Below are positions 27,601 through 36,517 of a stretch of DNA of 64,000 nucleotides, in pieces; position 1 is the stretch's first letter, and the number at the start of each line of letters is the position of its first letter. Below the pieces are notes generated by a model. That model was given only the letters and a program-made list of their open reading frames with translations. It did not search any database and had not been told where the DNA came from. The position numbers and the translations under genes were made by a program. Source of the DNA: an uncultured Clostridia bacterium (lineage in GTDB: Bacteria > Bacillota > Clostridia > Christensenellales > UBA1242); NCBI GenBank assembly GCA_934757845.1, contig CAKVLQ010000001.1, positions 164,671 through 228,670 on the forward strand, written 5' to 3'.

Positions 27601-28315
27601 ACTTAAATTTGAGAAAGAAATTGTAGGCATATATATCTCTGGGCACCCGCTTGATAAGTATGCAAAACTCTTCAATGAATTTAGTTTTAATTCATCATAT
27701 TTGTCAAAAAAATCGGATATAGAAAATGAAGAAGAAGCCGAGTTTGAACCAGAAATGGACGAACTTTCAAATCAAGAAAACATGATAGAAGATGGTGCTA
27801 CTGTTGTTTTTGGTGGAATAATAAATGAAATCAAAAAAACTTACACCCGAAAAGATAACAAAGAAATGGCTATTCTTATTATTGAAGATATGTTTGGAAC
27901 TATTGATGTTATGGCATTTCCAAAAATATATGCAAAAGTTAAAGACAAACTTGAAGTTGATAAAATTGTTAAAATTGTTGGAAAAGTTAACAAACGAGCG
28001 GGCGAAAACACAATTATTATTCTTGAAAAAATTGAAGATATTGAAGGTGAAAAGCCAAAAGAAGAACCAAAAGAAATTCAAGAAGCACCAAAAATTGTGC
28101 AAAAAAAGTTATATTTAAGATTTGATTGCACAAATGATGCTCTTCAAAATGAAGTTTTAAAAATTTTGTCAAACTATGTTGGAAACACAAAGGTTATAAT
28201 AAGATGCAACAAAACAAACAACCTTTATCAAATTCCAACAAGCGTTAATGTTTCAAATGCACTTTTGTATGAACTTTATGAACAAATTGGCGAAAATAAC
28301 ACAGTTTTTAAATAA
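24689..28315 (+). CDS. dnaE: DNA polymerase III alpha subunit (DnaE type)
   Basis: N-terminal PHP (FVHLHLHTEYSLLDG), polymerase core (GRGSGVGS, PDFDVDF), OB fold and 1208 aa. Confidence 0.95.
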   Translation: MDKNFVHLHLHTEYSLLDGACRIKKVVKRAKELNMPAIAMTDHGNMFGAINFFDACVDLDKKYFEEHGVPVVKPIFGCEFYVCSNLENKESREYAHLILLVKNEIGYKNISMLNTIAFEKGFYYKPRIDYNTLEKYSEGLICLSGCLAGDIPQLLLKGFDEEAYKLGLRLKNMFADGDFYIEIQNHFLQDEIVNLPKLKELAKKLGVKTVATNDAHYINKEDAEVQDVLMCVAMKKFVDDPNRLKFSTDEFYFKTYEEMSELFSEEELATTLEIADKCNYQFVYGNYLYPKYVPENGMTPYDFIRNLIDNGLKTKYPNPSKEVLDRIEYELGVISRLGYVEYYLIVWDYINAARNMGIVVGPGRGSGVGSIVAYLIGITSVDPIKYGLIFERFLNPERVSAPDFDVDFQDNRREEVVDYVKQKYGEDHVCRIITFGTMAAKNAIKDVGRVLQVPYSETDKITKVIPSKVDGNDLKDGVIEKVFGFYHAKPDAKDYGVDYAIPELVEIYNNDPKLKKVIDIAMKVEGMPRQTGTHACGVIIGGLPLEQVIPLSKNGDDIASQYEGAQLEHIGLLKMDFLGLANTTDISNCIATVKKLYGIDIDFSKNTYDDQKVFDMLSSGNTMGVFQLESGGFQKFLKDLKPNCLEDIIAAVAMYRPGPMDSIPEFVHNKSNPQDITYVDQRLAPILDTTYGCIVYQEQVMKIVQAVAGYTLSRADGVRKMMGKKKVKEIQAERQVFLHGIESTAKQSGCPGALKMGMSEDVANELWDKMEKFGRYAFNKSHAAAYAYIAYQTAYLKCYYEPEFLTAVLNDRITKTDDLKRYAAYAKSEGIEVLPPDINLSENLFSTKDKKIRFGLSALKNVGFNIIENIINERNENGKFVDIQDFIKRCYKFGLNKRVLESLIYSGAFDCFGVHRSQMIRVYANLLEQSSNVSKREATGQFSFFDTILKDDDVLNKVDYPLISEFDEQSKLKFEKEIVGIYISGHPLDKYAKLFNEFSFNSSYLSKKSDIENEEEAEFEPEMDELSNQENMIEDGATVVFGGIINEIKKTYTRKDNKEMAILIIEDMFGTIDVMAFPKIYAKVKDKLEVDKIVKIVGKVNKRAGENTIIILEKIEDIEGEKPKEEPKEIQEAPKIVQKKLYLRFDCTNDALQNEVLKILSNYVGNTKVIIRCNKTNNLYQIPTSVNVSNALLYELYEQIGENNTVFK

Positions 28316-28353
28316 AAATATATGTTTTTAAAAAAATAGGAGAAAATTTTTAT

Positions 28354-29310
28354 ATGAAAAAAATTGCAATTTTAACAAGCGGTGGCGACAGTCAAGGCAT
28401 GAATGCTTATATTCACAAATTAACAAAACTTTTGCTTAAAAACAAATATTCGGTTGTTGGAATTAAGCGTGGTTATCAAGGATTGCTTGACGAAGATTTT
28501 GTTATGCTTTCAAATGAATATGTTGAAAATATTTCATTTTTGGGTGGAAGTGTTTTGAAAACCGCAAGATGCAAAGAGTTCTCAACTATTGAGGGAGTTA
28601 AAAAGGCTTATAAAATTTTAAAAAAGCACAAAATTGACCTTTTGGTTGTTTTGGGCGGAAATGGAAGTTATAAAGGTGCAATAAGTTTAATGAACGAAGG
28701 GCAAAAATTAATTTGCGTTCCGGGCACTATTGATAATGACCTTTATTATAGCGACATTAGCCTTGGTTTTGACACGGCAGTTAATAATGCGGTTAACGCT
28801 ATTGAAAAAATAAAACAAACAATGCTTTCAAACAATCGTGGACTTATTGTTGAAGTTATGGGCAGAGATTGCGGAAATATTGCTTTAAACACCGCAATAA
28901 GTGTTAACGCAAATTGTTTGGTTATTTCAGAAGACGAACAAAGCAAAAATAATATTGAAAAATTTGTTAAAAATGCAATAAAAAATGGCGTGGATAGCCC
29001 ACTTGTTGTTGTGCAAGAAAATATTTTAGACGGCGAAGAACTTGCAAAAAACTTGCAAGAAAAATTTAATAAACAATTTAAGTTTGAAAAAATCGGTTAT
29101 GTTCAGCGTGGTGGAAGCCCAACTGTTAAAGACAAAATTTTTGCAGCACTTCTTGCAATTCAAACCACAAATTCAATAAAAAATAACGAATATAATATTG
29201 CTGTTGGATTAAATAAAGAAAATATTTTCACAAAAGACCTAAATTTGGTTTTAAAAGCCAAAAGTAACTTCAACAAAAATCTTTATGATTTGTATTTAAG
29301 CAATTTATAA
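28354..29310 (+). CDS. pfkA: ATP-dependent 6-phosphofructokinase
   Basis: KIAILTSGGDSQGMNA, GGNGSY, PGTIDND and MGRDCG motifs. Confidence 0.95.
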   Translation: MKKIAILTSGGDSQGMNAYIHKLTKLLLKNKYSVVGIKRGYQGLLDEDFVMLSNEYVENISFLGGSVLKTARCKEFSTIEGVKKAYKILKKHKIDLLVVLGGNGSYKGAISLMNEGQKLICVPGTIDNDLYYSDISLGFDTAVNNAVNAIEKIKQTMLSNNRGLIVEVMGRDCGNIALNTAISVNANCLVISEDEQSKNNIEKFVKNAIKNGVDSPLVVVQENILDGEELAKNLQEKFNKQFKFEKIGYVQRGGSPTVKDKIFAALLAIQTTNSIKNNEYNIAVGLNKENIFTKDLNLVLKAKSNFNKNLYDLYLSNL

Positions 29311-29337
29311 AAAAAACCACCTTAATGGTGGTTTTTT
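29311..29337. terminator. Bidirectional terminator (pfkA / convergent HTH gene)
   Basis: A-run, CCACC-TTAAT-GGTGG, T-run. Confidence 0.8.
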
Positions 29338-29542
29338 AATAAAAAAGTTCACAAACGGGGATTTTCATTGCTCTTGCAATTTTAAAAAAATGTTTAACAT
29401 CTAAATTGGTTTGCTGATTATAAATTTTTATCAAAACAAAATAACTTATTTTGCACATTTTGCAAAATTTTGTTTTGCTAATCTTGTTGTATTTTAAAAA
29501 TTTATCAATAATTTCTGTTTTTACTATATTATTTTTTTGCAT
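29336..29542 (-). CDS. Small atypical HTH-like protein (68 aa), paralogue of 18821-19024
   Basis: AAGGAGG RBS. ..ISKTKFCKMCKISYF...IARAMKIPVCELF aligns with the 18821 product. Confidence 0.65.
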   Translation of the reverse strand: MQKNNIVKTEIIDKFLKYNKISKTKFCKMCKISYFVLIKIYNQQTNLDVKHFFKIARAMKIPVCELFY

Positions 29543-29637
29543 ATTACCTCCTTATTTTTTGTAAGTTTTTTTTACATAAATAAGAATACAACAAATTTTA
29601 AAATAATAATTCAAAACTACAAAAGTGTAGTGAGTTT

Positions 29638-30060
29638 TTAATTTCCGTTTTTATCATTTACATTTTTATCATTAACATTTTGATTGTTATTGTTATTGTT
29701 ATTGTTATTGTTATTGTTGGTTGAATTTTGTGGTTGATTTATTGGGGCGACAGAATTGCTGTTTTGCCCAGAATAATTAACAATATTTTGGTTTTGGTCT
29801 ATGCTTTGGGGAAGTGGCTGTTTATTTAGCAAAACTTGGTCTTGATTTTTGTTTTTTTTAAGAGTTAATCTGCCTTTATAGCGTATAACTGCATAAGTTA
29901 AAAAAATCGAACTTATTCCAATAATGATATAAACAAGTCTTGAAAATATACTGCTTTGCGTGCCAAAAAGCCCTGCCACGAAGTCATATTGAAAAAAACC
30001 AATGCAAAGCCAGTTTAAACTTCCAATTATTGTTATCAAAAAGCAAAAGAATACTAACAT
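29638..30060 (-). CDS. DUF378-type two-TM membrane protein with a long Q/N-rich C-terminal tail
   Basis: ..IIGSLNWLCIGFFQYDFVAGLFG...YIIIGISSI is DUF378-like. The tail holds N12 and NVNDK repeats. Confidence 0.75.
   Translation of the reverse strand: MLVFFCFLITIIGSLNWLCIGFFQYDFVAGLFGTQSSIFSRLVYIIIGISSIFLTYAVIRYKGRLTLKKNKNQDQVLLNKQPLPQSIDQNQNIVNYSGQNSNSVAPINQPQNSTNNNNNNNNNNNNQNVNDKNVNDKNGN
29683..29718. repeat. Hexanucleotide microsatellite (ATTGTT)x6 encoding poly-Asn
   Basis: Read directly inside the DUF378 gene tail. Gain or loss of a unit keeps the reading frame. Confidence 0.9.
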
Positions 30061-30183
30061 ACTTTTAGTTTGTTCATTTTGCTTTTTTTAATGCATAGCA
30101 AAAATTTATTGGAAATTTATTTTTAGATATTAAATAAAAAATCAAATTTAAAGATTATCTTAAAAAATTAATAAAAAAACTGT

Positions 30184-30447
30184 CTATGACAGTTCAAAAT
30201 ATTCAATAACAAGACTATCGAAGTTAACAGAATCAATAAAATCGGTTTTTAAAAATTTTGTTATTCCAAATTCTTCCATTTGATTTTTGTGTTTTGAAAG
30301 AATTATTGGCGTTTCAATTTTAAGTTCATAACAAATTTCTTTAAGTGGTTCATACAAGTTTTGTGCGTCAAATTCATCTGAAACATTAACAACGCATTCT
30401 TCAACAATTTTGTGATTTTTTAATATTTTTGCCCAAAGTTTTTTCAT
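30184..30447 (-). CDS. Hypothetical 87-aa acidic protein
   Basis: An ORF whose terminator hairpin ACTGTC-ATA-GACAGT plus T-run overlaps its stop codon. No motif recognised; start (ATG 30447 versus TTG 30486) uncertain. Confidence 0.45.
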   Translation of the reverse strand: MKKLWAKILKNHKIVEECVVNVSDEFDAQNLYEPLKEICYELKIETPIILSKHKNQMEEFGITKFLKTDFIDSVNFDSLVIEYFELS

Positions 30448-30591
30448 AAAAAATATTATATTTGATAAAAAAAATTTTTGCAACAAAATTTGTTAAAGAT
30501 ATTTTTTTATAACCAAAAATTTTTTGTTTTAAATTTGTTTTTTGTTTTTTAAATTTAACCATTTTTTTGTTAAAAATAATTTTAAAATTGG

Positions 30592-30620
30592 TTGACAAAT
30601 TTTTTAATTAGTAATATAAT
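30592..30620 (+). promoter_or_regulatory. Sigma-A-type promoter of greA
   Basis: TTGACA (30592-30597), 17-nt spacer, TATAAT (30615-30620). Confidence 0.75.
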
Positions 30621-30642
30621 ATGCAAATTATTGGAGGAAACT

Positions 30643-31122
30643 ATGGGCGAAGAAATTACACACATAACAAAAGAAGGACTTAAAAAACTTCAAGAAGAAC
30701 TTGATTATTTAAAAACAACAGAAAGGCTTAATGTTTCAAAAATGATTGGCGAAGCAAAAAGTTTTGGTGATTTAAGCGAAAATTCAGAATATGACGCTGC
30801 AAAAACCAGAGAAGCCGAAGTTGAAACAAGAATTTATGAACTTGAAAATCTAATCAAAAATGCGGTTATCATAAACGCAAAAGAAATTGACACAAGCAAA
30901 GTTTCAATAGGTTGCAGTGTTTTGGTGCATGATGAAATGTTTGACGAAGATGTTCAATACAAAATTGTTGGTGCAACAGAAAGCGACCCATACAAAGGTT
31001 TAATAAGCAATGAAAGTCCAGTAGGAAAGGCACTTCTTGCAAAAAGCGTTGGTGATAAATGTGAAGTTTTAATGCCAAATGGCAACAAGAATTTCTTAAC
31101 AATCAAAAAAATCAGCGTTTAA
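30643..31122 (+). CDS. greA: Transcription elongation factor GreA
   Basis: ITKEGLKKLQEELDYLK..., GDLSENSEYDAAK motif. GGAGGA RBS before the ATG at 30643. Confidence 0.95.
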   Translation: MGEEITHITKEGLKKLQEELDYLKTTERLNVSKMIGEAKSFGDLSENSEYDAAKTREAEVETRIYELENLIKNAVIINAKEIDTSKVSIGCSVLVHDEMFDEDVQYKIVGATESDPYKGLISNESPVGKALLAKSVGDKCEVLMPNGNKNFLTIKKISV

Positions 31123-31303
31123 TAAAAAAAATTTAACAATAAACTCGTTTTATATAAAAAGCGAGTTTTTTATTGCTAAAAACATTAAACTATTAATAGA
31201 AAAATTTATCAACATATTGGCAAATCTTTATTTTTAAATTTCTTGAAAAAGAAAAATTAATATACTATAATTTTGATAAACAAAAATAATAAGGGGTAAA
31301 ATT

Positions 31304-32083
31304 ATGAATATATCAAATAATATCAAAACATTAAGAAAACAAAAAAATTTAAGTCAAGAAAGACTTGCTAAAAAGTTAAATTTATCACCACAAAATATAA
31401 GTAAATGGGAGAACGGAATTAGTGAACCATCAATTTCTTATTGCGTAAAAATGGCTGAAATTTTTAACATTTCACTTGATAGTTTTTTATGTAGGAAACT
31501 TAATAATTATGATGAATTAGAATTATGGAAAGAACGAGAATTTAATAATAAAGTTTGCAATATTTTAAATAATACATTCCCATCTATAACTTTGGGATTA
31601 ATATGTGAATTTAAAAAAGACCATGATATAAATGAACTTGATGATATACTAAATATTGAAAGAAATTATGCTTATACAAAGACAGATTCAAAGCAATTTA
31701 AGGCGGATAATTTTGTGGGAAGAAGTTCTTTTACTTTAATTTCGTTAAATGAAAATATAAGAAGTAATAGCAAATATTTGAAAAGTAAAGAAAATAGCAC
31801 AAATAAAACCTATAAAGAAATTAAATCAATTTTACCTTCTTTACTAAAAGAGAAATTAAATTATTTATATTCAAAGAAAACTGAATTATTAGATTATATG
31901 AAAAAATATGATGGTGGAATGGTTTTAGTCTTTTGGCAAACTTACTCAACTCCGTTTTTCGCAGATTTTACACTAACGCCTAAAGATTTAAATAAATTAA
32001 AAGAATTGAATATTAAATTTGACGTGGGGATTGGCAATGCTTATTATGAATTAAAAAAATTTATGGATAACATTACTATATAA
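31304..32083 (+). CDS. XRE-family HTH fused to an unrecognised ~190-aa C-terminal domain
   Basis: NIKTLRKQKNLSQERLAKKLNLSPQNISKWENGISEPS is an HTH. The rest shows no recognisable motif. The gene has its own terminators on both sides. Confidence 0.75.
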   Translation: MNISNNIKTLRKQKNLSQERLAKKLNLSPQNISKWENGISEPSISYCVKMAEIFNISLDSFLCRKLNNYDELELWKEREFNNKVCNILNNTFPSITLGLICEFKKDHDINELDDILNIERNYAYTKTDSKQFKADNFVGRSSFTLISLNENIRSNSKYLKSKENSTNKTYKEIKSILPSLLKEKLNYLYSKKTELLDYMKKYDGGMVLVFWQTYSTPFFADFTLTPKDLNKLKELNIKFDVGIGNAYYELKKFMDNITI

Positions 32084-32268
32084 TAAAAAAGTAGCATAAT
32101 TATTTGATTATGTTACTTTTTTACTTAATTTGCTAGATTTTAATGAATTATTCAATATAATCACACAAATAATTATAATAAATAAAAAAAATTAAATAAG
32201 TTGATTTTCATGTAAAATAATTATTAAAATACATTTTCATTTTTAACAAATTGTGATATAATAAAATT

Positions 32269-33231
32269 GTGGAAACATCTTTAAATTTTTTTTTGAAAAG
32301 CACAAAACTTTCAAATTTTGCAAAAAAAATTGTCGATTCTGGGCTTAAACAAGCCTATCTTTTTGAAAGTGGGGACAAAGAAAAAAACTATGCTTTTTGC
32401 AAAATGTTAAGTTTGCTTATAAATTGCAAAAACAAAAATATGTGTTTAACTTGCGATTCATGTCAAAAAATTTTGAACAATAATTGCATTGATTTTTTTG
32501 TTTATCCAAAAAACAGTGCGATTTTGGTTGATGATATAAAAGAAATTATCGACTCTTGTTATGTGCTTCCGTTTGAAAATGACTATAAAATTTATGTTTT
32601 AAACAATTTTGATGAAGCAAATATTGCAAGCCAAAATAAGTTTTTAAAAACTTTGGAAGAACCACCAAAAAATGTTATTTTTTTGCTAAATTCAACAAAA
32701 AGTGATATGATTTTGCCAACAATTAGGTCAAGGTGCACAAAAATTGTTTTGCCAAAATTTGATAGAGAAGAACTAATTAGTTTACTTAATCAGTTTGGGG
32801 CAGAAGTTTCGGAAAGTGCGCTTGAAAATAGTAATTATGAACTTGGAAATTATATTTCGCTTTTAGAAAACAATTTTGAAATTGAATTTGATTTTTGTTT
32901 GAATATGTTAAAAAACATGAAAAATTCAAGCGATATATTAAAATATTCTTCTCAAATTTTAAAAAACAATAATTTTGAAAGTGTTTATAAGGCGTTATTT
33001 TCAATTTTAGTTGACATTAAAGTTTTCAAAATAAATAAAGATGAAATTAAAAACAAAAATTATGCACAAGACATTCAAATTTTAAGTGAAGATTTCAGCG
33101 ATAAAGCCGTTGATGAAATTTTGAAAAACTTAATTTGTGCAAACAAAGAATTAAGTTTTAACACAAACTTAAATTTGGTTGTTGACTGCATATTAATTGA
33201 TATATTAGAGGAGAAACACAAATGGAATTAA
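32269..33231 (+). CDS. holB: DNA polymerase III delta-prime subunit
   Basis: AYLFESGD.., Zn module CLTCDSCQKI and the TIRSRC sensor motif. GTG start. Confidence 0.85.
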   Translation: METSLNFFLKSTKLSNFAKKIVDSGLKQAYLFESGDKEKNYAFCKMLSLLINCKNKNMCLTCDSCQKILNNNCIDFFVYPKNSAILVDDIKEIIDSCYVLPFENDYKIYVLNNFDEANIASQNKFLKTLEEPPKNVIFLLNSTKSDMILPTIRSRCTKIVLPKFDREELISLLNQFGAEVSESALENSNYELGNYISLLENNFEIEFDFCLNMLKNMKNSSDILKYSSQILKNNNFESVYKALFSILVDIKVFKINKDEIKNKNYAQDIQILSEDFSDKAVDEILKNLICANKELSFNTNLNLVVDCILIDILEEKHKWN

Positions 33232-34034
33232 ATGTTATATCTGCAAAATTTGATGATAATGGCAAAGCATATTATTTTGACCCAAAAAATGTTTTATATA
33301 AAGAGGGTGAAAAAGTTGTTGTTACAACCAAAAATGGAAATGATGTTGCAACAGTTGTTAAATCAAATTTTACTATTGATTCAAGCACTTTTGGAGAAAG
33401 TTTAGAACCTGTTTTAAGGCGTGTTAACAAAAAAGACCAAGAAACAATAAATTTTCACGAGCAAAAAGCAAAACAAGTGTTTAAAGATGCAGTTAAAATT
33501 ATAAAAGACATGAATCTTGATATGAAACTTTTGAAAGTAAAATATGCTTTTGAAGGCAATAAAATAATTTTTATTTATTCAAGTGAAACAAGAGTTGATT
33601 TTAGAGAACTTTTGAAAGAATTTGCAAGCAAATTTAAGGCAAGAATTGAACTTAAACAAATTGGAATAAGAGATGAAGCAAAGATGATTGGTGGGCTTGG
33701 ACCTTGCGGAAGAGAAATTTGTTGTGGAAGATGCTTGAAAGATTTTGAAAAAGTTTCGCTTAAATTTGCAAAAAATCAAGGGTTAGCACTAAACACTTCA
33801 AAACTTTCGGGAATGTGTGGGCGTCTTATGTGTTGTCTTGCTTATGAAAATGATATGTATGTTAAAACATTGGAAAGAATGCCAAAAATAAACAGCAAAG
33901 TTAAAACCAAAGAAGGCATTGGCGTTGTTGTTTATAACAATATTTTGAAAGAAAAAGTTACAGTAAAAATTAACGAGGACGAAGACACAACAAAACTTGT
34001 TGAATTTGATTTGTCAGAAGTGGAAAAATTATGA
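33222..34034 (+). CDS. yaaT: PSP1-domain protein (YaaT/RicT-like)
   Basis: ..GLGPCGREICCGRCL..LSGMCGRLMCCLAYE is the PSP1 cysteine signature. Sits in holB-yaaT synteny. Confidence 0.9.
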   Translation: MELNVISAKFDDNGKAYYFDPKNVLYKEGEKVVVTTKNGNDVATVVKSNFTIDSSTFGESLEPVLRRVNKKDQETINFHEQKAKQVFKDAVKIIKDMNLDMKLLKVKYAFEGNKIIFIYSSETRVDFRELLKEFASKFKARIELKQIGIRDEAKMIGGLGPCGREICCGRCLKDFEKVSLKFAKNQGLALNTSKLSGMCGRLMCCLAYENDMYVKTLERMPKINSKVKTKEGIGVVVYNNILKEKVTVKINEDEDTTKLVEFDLSEVEKL

Positions 34035-34747
34035 TAAGACTTGATGATTTGTGCATAGAGAACTATAAGATTTTTCAAGATGATATGCTATATAATTTTT
34101 CTACCGATGCAGTTTTGCTTGCAAATTTTGTTGAAACAAAGAGTAAAGATGTTGTTATTGATTTTTGCAGTGGAAATGGTGTTGTTGGGATATTGACAGC
34201 AATAAAAAATTATTACAAAAAAATATATTTGGTTGAAATTCAAGAAAGTTTGGCAAGCCTTGCAAAAAAAAGTGTTGAATATAACAAACTTGAAAATATT
34301 GAAGTTATGTGTGATGACCTTAAAAATTTGAAAAAAACTTTCAAAAGTGGAAGTGTTGATGTTATCACTTGCAATCCGCCATACAGAAAATGTGATGGAC
34401 AAATGCAAAATCGAAGCAATCATATTTCAATTTGCAATTTTGAAATTAAAACAAATTTGGAAGAAATTATAAGCACGGCAAGTTATCTTTTAAAATTTGG
34501 TGGTAAATTTTTTATGATAAATTCAATAAATAGGCTTGAAGACACAATTTGTTTGTTAAACAAATATAATTTCAAAACAAAAGTGTTGAATTTGTGCAAT
34601 CCAAAAGCGGGCAAAAATGCAAATGTATTTTTGTTAATGGCACAAAAAAATGCTAAAAGTGGCATAAAAGTGTTGCCAAATTTAATTTTGAATGACGATA
34701 ATGGAAATTATTTAATAAAAACAAAAAAGGGAAAAAATGAAAGGTAA
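34031..34747 (+). CDS. SAM-dependent tRNA (adenine-N6) methyltransferase, YabB/TrmN6-like
   Basis: DFCSGNGVVG (SAM motif) and CNPPYRK. Confidence 0.8.
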   Translation: MIRLDDLCIENYKIFQDDMLYNFSTDAVLLANFVETKSKDVVIDFCSGNGVVGILTAIKNYYKKIYLVEIQESLASLAKKSVEYNKLENIEVMCDDLKNLKKTFKSGSVDVITCNPPYRKCDGQMQNRSNHISICNFEIKTNLEEIISTASYLLKFGGKFFMINSINRLEDTICLLNKYNFKTKVLNLCNPKAGKNANVFLLMAQKNAKSGIKVLPNLILNDDNGNYLIKTKKGKNER

Positions 34748-35543
34748 ATTTTATTTTGTAGGGACACCAATAGGGAATTTAAAAGATTTTTCAATCAATC
34801 AAATTGAAACCTTAAAAAGCGTTGATTTAATTTTGTGTGAAGACACAAGAACAAGCAAGGTTTTGCTTGACAAGTTTGAAATTAAAAAACCGCTTATGTC
34901 GTTTCACAAATTCAACTTTAAAGAACAAACTCCAAAAGTTATTGAAAAACTATTAACTGGGCAAAATATTGCTTTAATTTCAGATGCAGGAATGCCGGTT
35001 ATTTCTGACCCAGGTGAAGAAATTATTGAAAGCCTAAAAAATAACCAAATAGATTATACAGTTGTTGGCGGGGTTAGTGCATTTTTAAATGCTTTTGTGC
35101 TTTCGGGATTTTCTTATCCTTTCACATTTATTGGCTTTTTGAGCGATAAAAAAAGTGAACGGGAAAAAACTTTGCTTGAATTTAGAAATGTTAGGTCTAC
35201 ACTTATATTTTATTCAGCAGTTCATGATGTTCAAAAAACAATTCAAACACTTTTTGAAGCCTTTGGAAATCGAAAGATTTGCATCGCACGAGAATTAACA
35301 AAACTTCATGAAGAAGTGATTTTCAGCACTCTTGAAAAAGGCTATGACGGAGTTTTGAAAGGCGAATTTGTTATTTTGGTTGAAGGCTATAATCAAGAAG
35401 AAGATAATCTTTCTCTTGAAGAGAAATTAGATTATTATGTTAATATGGGATATAATAAAAAAGACGCAATAAAACTTGTTGCAAAAGACAAAAACATGAC
35501 AAAAAGTGAAGTTTATAATTATTTTGTTAAAAAGGAAAAATAG
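34737..35543 (+). CDS. rsmI: 16S rRNA (cytidine1402-2'-O)-methyltransferase
   Basis: YFVGTPIGNLKDFS, LCEDTR and SDAGMPVISDPG. Confidence 0.92.
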   Translation: MKGKFYFVGTPIGNLKDFSINQIETLKSVDLILCEDTRTSKVLLDKFEIKKPLMSFHKFNFKEQTPKVIEKLLTGQNIALISDAGMPVISDPGEEIIESLKNNQIDYTVVGGVSAFLNAFVLSGFSYPFTFIGFLSDKKSEREKTLLEFRNVRSTLIFYSAVHDVQKTIQTLFEAFGNRKICIARELTKLHEEVIFSTLEKGYDGVLKGEFVILVEGYNQEEDNLSLEEKLDYYVNMGYNKKDAIKLVAKDKNMTKSEVYNYFVKKEK

Positions 35544-36398
35544 ATGGGATTTTTTGATTTTTTTAAAAGGAAAAAAGATAAACCAAAAAAAATAAACAAA
35601 AACATAAAACTTGGTCTTGCTCTTGGCGGTGGCGGGGCAAGAGGCTTTGCTCATCTTGGCGTGCTTAAAGCATTTGATGAAAATGGTATTAAGTTTGATT
35701 ATATTGCGGGGACGAGCGTTGGAAGTTTGATTGGGGCTTTTTATGCAAGTGGAAAAACTGGTGAAGAGATTATTGAAATTTCAAAAAAAATAAACAAAAA
35801 AGATATAAAAAACAACAAAATTATGTTTATGCCAAGTTCCACACTGGGGCTTCAAGCAATAGTTAAAAACAATTTGGGAGATATTGATGTTAAAGAATTA
35901 AAAACTCCTTTTTGTGCAGTTGCTGTTGATATGAAAAGCGGAAATGAAGTTAACATAAAAAGTGGAAATCTTGCAAAAGCGATTGCAGGAAGTTGTGCTG
36001 TTCCAGGCGTGTTTACTTATGTAGATTTTGGCGATTTTAGGCTTCAAGATGGTGGGCTTCAAAACACAATTCCAAGCGATGTTGTAAAATCTATGGGCGC
36101 AGATTTTGTTGTTGCAGTTGATTGCAATCCAAACAGGGGATATGGAACTGATAGCACAAAACTTATGGATATTTTAAGTGCAACAATAAGAATTTTGATG
36201 AAAAGTAATGCTGTTAAAGGAAAATTTTATGCCGATGTTACCATTGAACCCGACACAAAAAGATTTAAGTCAACAAAACTTAAAGGTGCAGAAGAAATGA
36301 TTGAAGAAGGCTATAAAGCAGGTCTTGAAAAAATTGCAGAAATTAAAGAACTTTTGTGCCGAAAAACACCAAAACGCAAAAAGAAGAATATAAACTAA
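35544..36398 (+). CDS. Patatin-like phospholipase
   Basis: GLALGGGGARG oxyanion motif, GTSVGS (GxSxG) and a DGG dyad motif. Confidence 0.9.
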   Translation: MGFFDFFKRKKDKPKKINKNIKLGLALGGGGARGFAHLGVLKAFDENGIKFDYIAGTSVGSLIGAFYASGKTGEEIIEISKKINKKDIKNNKIMFMPSSTLGLQAIVKNNLGDIDVKELKTPFCAVAVDMKSGNEVNIKSGNLAKAIAGSCAVPGVFTYVDFGDFRLQDGGLQNTIPSDVVKSMGADFVVAVDCNPNRGYGTDSTKLMDILSATIRILMKSNAVKGKFYADVTIEPDTKRFKSTKLKGAEEMIEEGYKAGLEKIAEIKELLCRKTPKRKKKNIN

Positions 36399-36466
36399 AG
36401 AAAGTAAAAAAATGCTTTGCATTGCTTTTCCTTGACTTCGAATAATATAAACTAATGGAAGTTCAA

Positions 36467-36517
36467 ATGTCCAAAAATAAATTTTTATCGCTTTTACACC
36501 TTTGGATAATTAAGTGA
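36467..36517 (+). pseudogene. 16-codon ORF (MSKNKFLSLLHLWIIK) resembling the start of the BRO-N gene at 56113; probable remnant
   Basis: CAAATGTCCAAAAATAAATTTTT here versus CAAATGTCGAATATAAAGATTTTT at 56110. The upstream motif ACTTCGAATAATATAAA matches ACTTCCGATAATATAAA at 56064-56080. Confidence 0.35.
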
